Shown here: piece after piece, positions 62,256 to 64,000 of the stretch | Layout: each line of letters starts with the position of its first letter | How positions within the stretch are numbered: position 1 is the first letter of the stretch | DNA from: Podarcis liolepis | Lineage: Eukaryota | Assembly: GCA_965112155.1 (NCBI GenBank) | Contig: OZ218103.1 | Reading direction: 5' to 3' (one strand) | DNA length: 64,000 bases | Made by a program: the position numbers and the translations under genes | The notes under the pieces: generated by a model | The model's input: the letters and a program-made list of their open reading frames with translations, nothing else | What the model was told of the DNA's origin: nothing | The model's database searches: none

Positions 62256-63050
62256 ATGATGGCTACAGAATCTGGCTTCGCCCTGGGCACATTGGCCTTT
62301 GCTTTCTTTGTACCGCTGTCGGTGGCTTCTCATGGGGCAGTGACCATTCCCAAAGCCCTAATAACGGCTTCGGGAAGAGTTATAGTCAGTTCCACAAGCT
62401 GCAGCGTCACCTGTGGGCTGGGTTACAAGGAAGAAGAGTCATGTGAGATTAGGCCTGATGGGCAAAGGAGAGGCTGCAAACGACGGAAGGTGGACTGTTT
62501 GAACAGTTGGATCTGTGGGATGCGGCACTTCACCGCCCTGGTGGGCAGGCCGTTCGAGATCAGCTGCCTAAGCACTGCGGAGATAGGTCCTGACACCCAG
62601 AGCTTCAGCTACACATGGAGGCTGGCCCGAGGCATCATCACAACAGACGATACTCTCTTTGCCCCTTTCAAGAATCCTGGCTTTGTTATTAAGCTTTACC
62701 CCGCTGAGGAATACGATGCGGGGACGTACAGGTGCGATGTGCAGTTCATGAAAAACTACAAGGTTGTCAAGAGAATCTACTTTGGACTTCGCGTGATCCC
62801 TGGCGACATGGTGGATTTGAATTTTGACAAATCCTTAACGCTGGAACAGCAATCAGAAAGTGAAAATAACCAACAGAACGCCACCAGCATGCCAGCTCAG
62901 GGTCGGTGGGGCTCATGGCGCCAGAGGGCTGTGTTTGTGTTTCTGGTTGGCATTGGAAGCGGCTTGGTGCTCGGGGCTGTGCTGCACAGCCTTCTCTACT
63001 GTGTCCTGTGCCCCAACCCCCATGAAAACGATGAACGTGATGGGGAATGA
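62256..63050 (+). CDS. TMEM81: Transmembrane protein 81 (sperm-surface Ig-domain protein), single coding exon, 264 aa
   Basis: Signal peptide, CSVTCGLGYKEE motif, CL..WICG, Ig domain (C..YTWR..DAGTYRCDVQ..VKRIYFGLRV..VDLNF), C-terminal TM helix. Lies directly downstream of RBBP5 on the same strand, as in mammals. Confidence 0.95.
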   Translation: MMATESGFALGTLAFAFFVPLSVASHGAVTIPKALITASGRVIVSSTSCSVTCGLGYKEEESCEIRPDGQRRGCKRRKVDCLNSWICGMRHFTALVGRPFEISCLSTAEIGPDTQSFSYTWRLARGIITTDDTLFAPFKNPGFVIKLYPAEEYDAGTYRCDVQFMKNYKVVKRIYFGLRVIPGDMVDLNFDKSLTLEQQSESENNQQNATSMPAQGRWGSWRQRAVFVFLVGIGSGLVLGAVLHSLLYCVLCPNPHENDERDGE

Positions 63051-63192
63051 GATGTGCTGTTTTGTAGACTTGCTATATTAGATTGCTCTTGTACATTACA
63101 ACTTCACTATGTTAATCTTATCATTTCAGGCTTATGAAGATCATTTGGTGACATGAATCATAAACATAGTTCCATTTGATTTATTAGAGAGT

Positions 63193-63198
63193 AATAAA
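63193..63198 (+). terminator. TMEM81: Probable TMEM81 poly(A) signal
   Basis: First AATAAA after the stop, 143 nt downstream. Confidence 0.6.
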
Positions 63199-63229
63199 AT
63201 TCCATCCTGTGCCTTAATGGTAAAAGGTT

Positions 63230-63571
63230 AAGTGTGGGGAAACTGTTTTCTGCCCACAGGCCACATTTTCTCATAGACAATGTTCAGGGGGCCACATAAC
63301 GATGGTGGGTGGGGCCAGAGGGAAAAGTGGGTAGGACAAAGGATGAGACTCTTACAGTAGGCTGCAGTCCAGCTACGAGAAAGCCAGAGGTTTCTACACT
63401 TGCCCACATAACAAACCAACCTCTCCATAATGCAAGAGGTATCAGAGTTCATGGACATATGCCATGCAGGAATAAGCACTCGAGGAGGATACTGGGGAGG
63501 GGGCCTGCCAAGGGGCGTGGCCTAGATAGAGAGCCACACATGGCCTTCAAGTCTGAGGTGCCCAACCGCTG
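63230..63571. mobile_element. Degenerate hAT (Charlie-like) non-autonomous element
   Basis: Ends resemble CAGGGGTGGGGAAC / GGTTCCCCACCCCTG (here AGTGTGGGGAAAC and GGTGCCCAACCGCTG), with GGCCACA subterminal motifs at both ends. TSD not clear. Confidence 0.55.
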
Positions 63572-64000
63572 GTTTGAAGCCAAAACCTCTGAAAGGTAGT
63601 GCAAAATCTGGGAATCTGTAACAGCTAGTGGGTTCTGTGGTAAGAGTACATGCTTTGCCTGAGCTACACTACTGCCTTGGTGGGTGACCAGTTGACATTC
63701 TCTTGGGAATAATATCTGAGAATTTGATGGATGTTCCTTTCCTGTAAGGTGGGTTCCTTGGCCAAATTCATGACAGGTTCTTTCTATGACAAGTGGGCCT
63801 CAGTGTGACAGGGAGCTAAGTGGTCCAGACATGCAGACGATGACACCTCAAAAGGGAAAAACCTAATGTTTTCTTCTTATTGGCTCCCAATACATTTCAG
63901 CATTAGCTTGCAGGGGTTTTTTTTTATTTCTCATGAAAATTCTGTATGGTTCCCATGCAAATTTCTCACGATAGACACATATTTGCTAACAAATTTCCCT

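Overview
Vertebrate genomic DNA, almost certainly from a squamate reptile and probably a lacertid lizard, judged from the Sauria SINE, Squam3-like SINEs, a tRNA-Lys/CR1-tailed SINE, CR1 and Penelope-like pieces. It holds three + strand genes in the order conserved in mammals: DSTYK, RBBP5 and TMEM81. DSTYK coding exons 2-13 span 8663-30924; exon 1 lies upstream of the window. RBBP5 has all 14 coding exons at 40953-58547 (about 539 aa) and a CpG-island promoter. TMEM81 is a single coding exon at 62256-63050 (264 aa). All exons were read by eye; every junction is GT-AG and the phases chain into open frames. Introns are crowded with non-autonomous DNA transposons (hAT with 8-bp TSDs; Tc1/mariner-pogo types with TA TSDs), some nested. 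The best leads are four. (1) The same ~90-bp hAT MITE, whose 39-nt core is identical between copies and contains a canonical kB site, sits just upstream of both RBBP5 and TMEM81. (2) DSTYK intron 2 has a frame-preserving 39-nt candidate cassette exon. (3) Two similar RFX X-box/forkhead-like modules lie inside RBBP5. (4) There is a candidate alternative last exon of RBBP5 and a candidate spliced or read-through leader of TMEM81. All four are hypotheses from sequence alone. No prokaryotic-type system (CRISPR, operon) is present, and most ORF-track entries are spurious.
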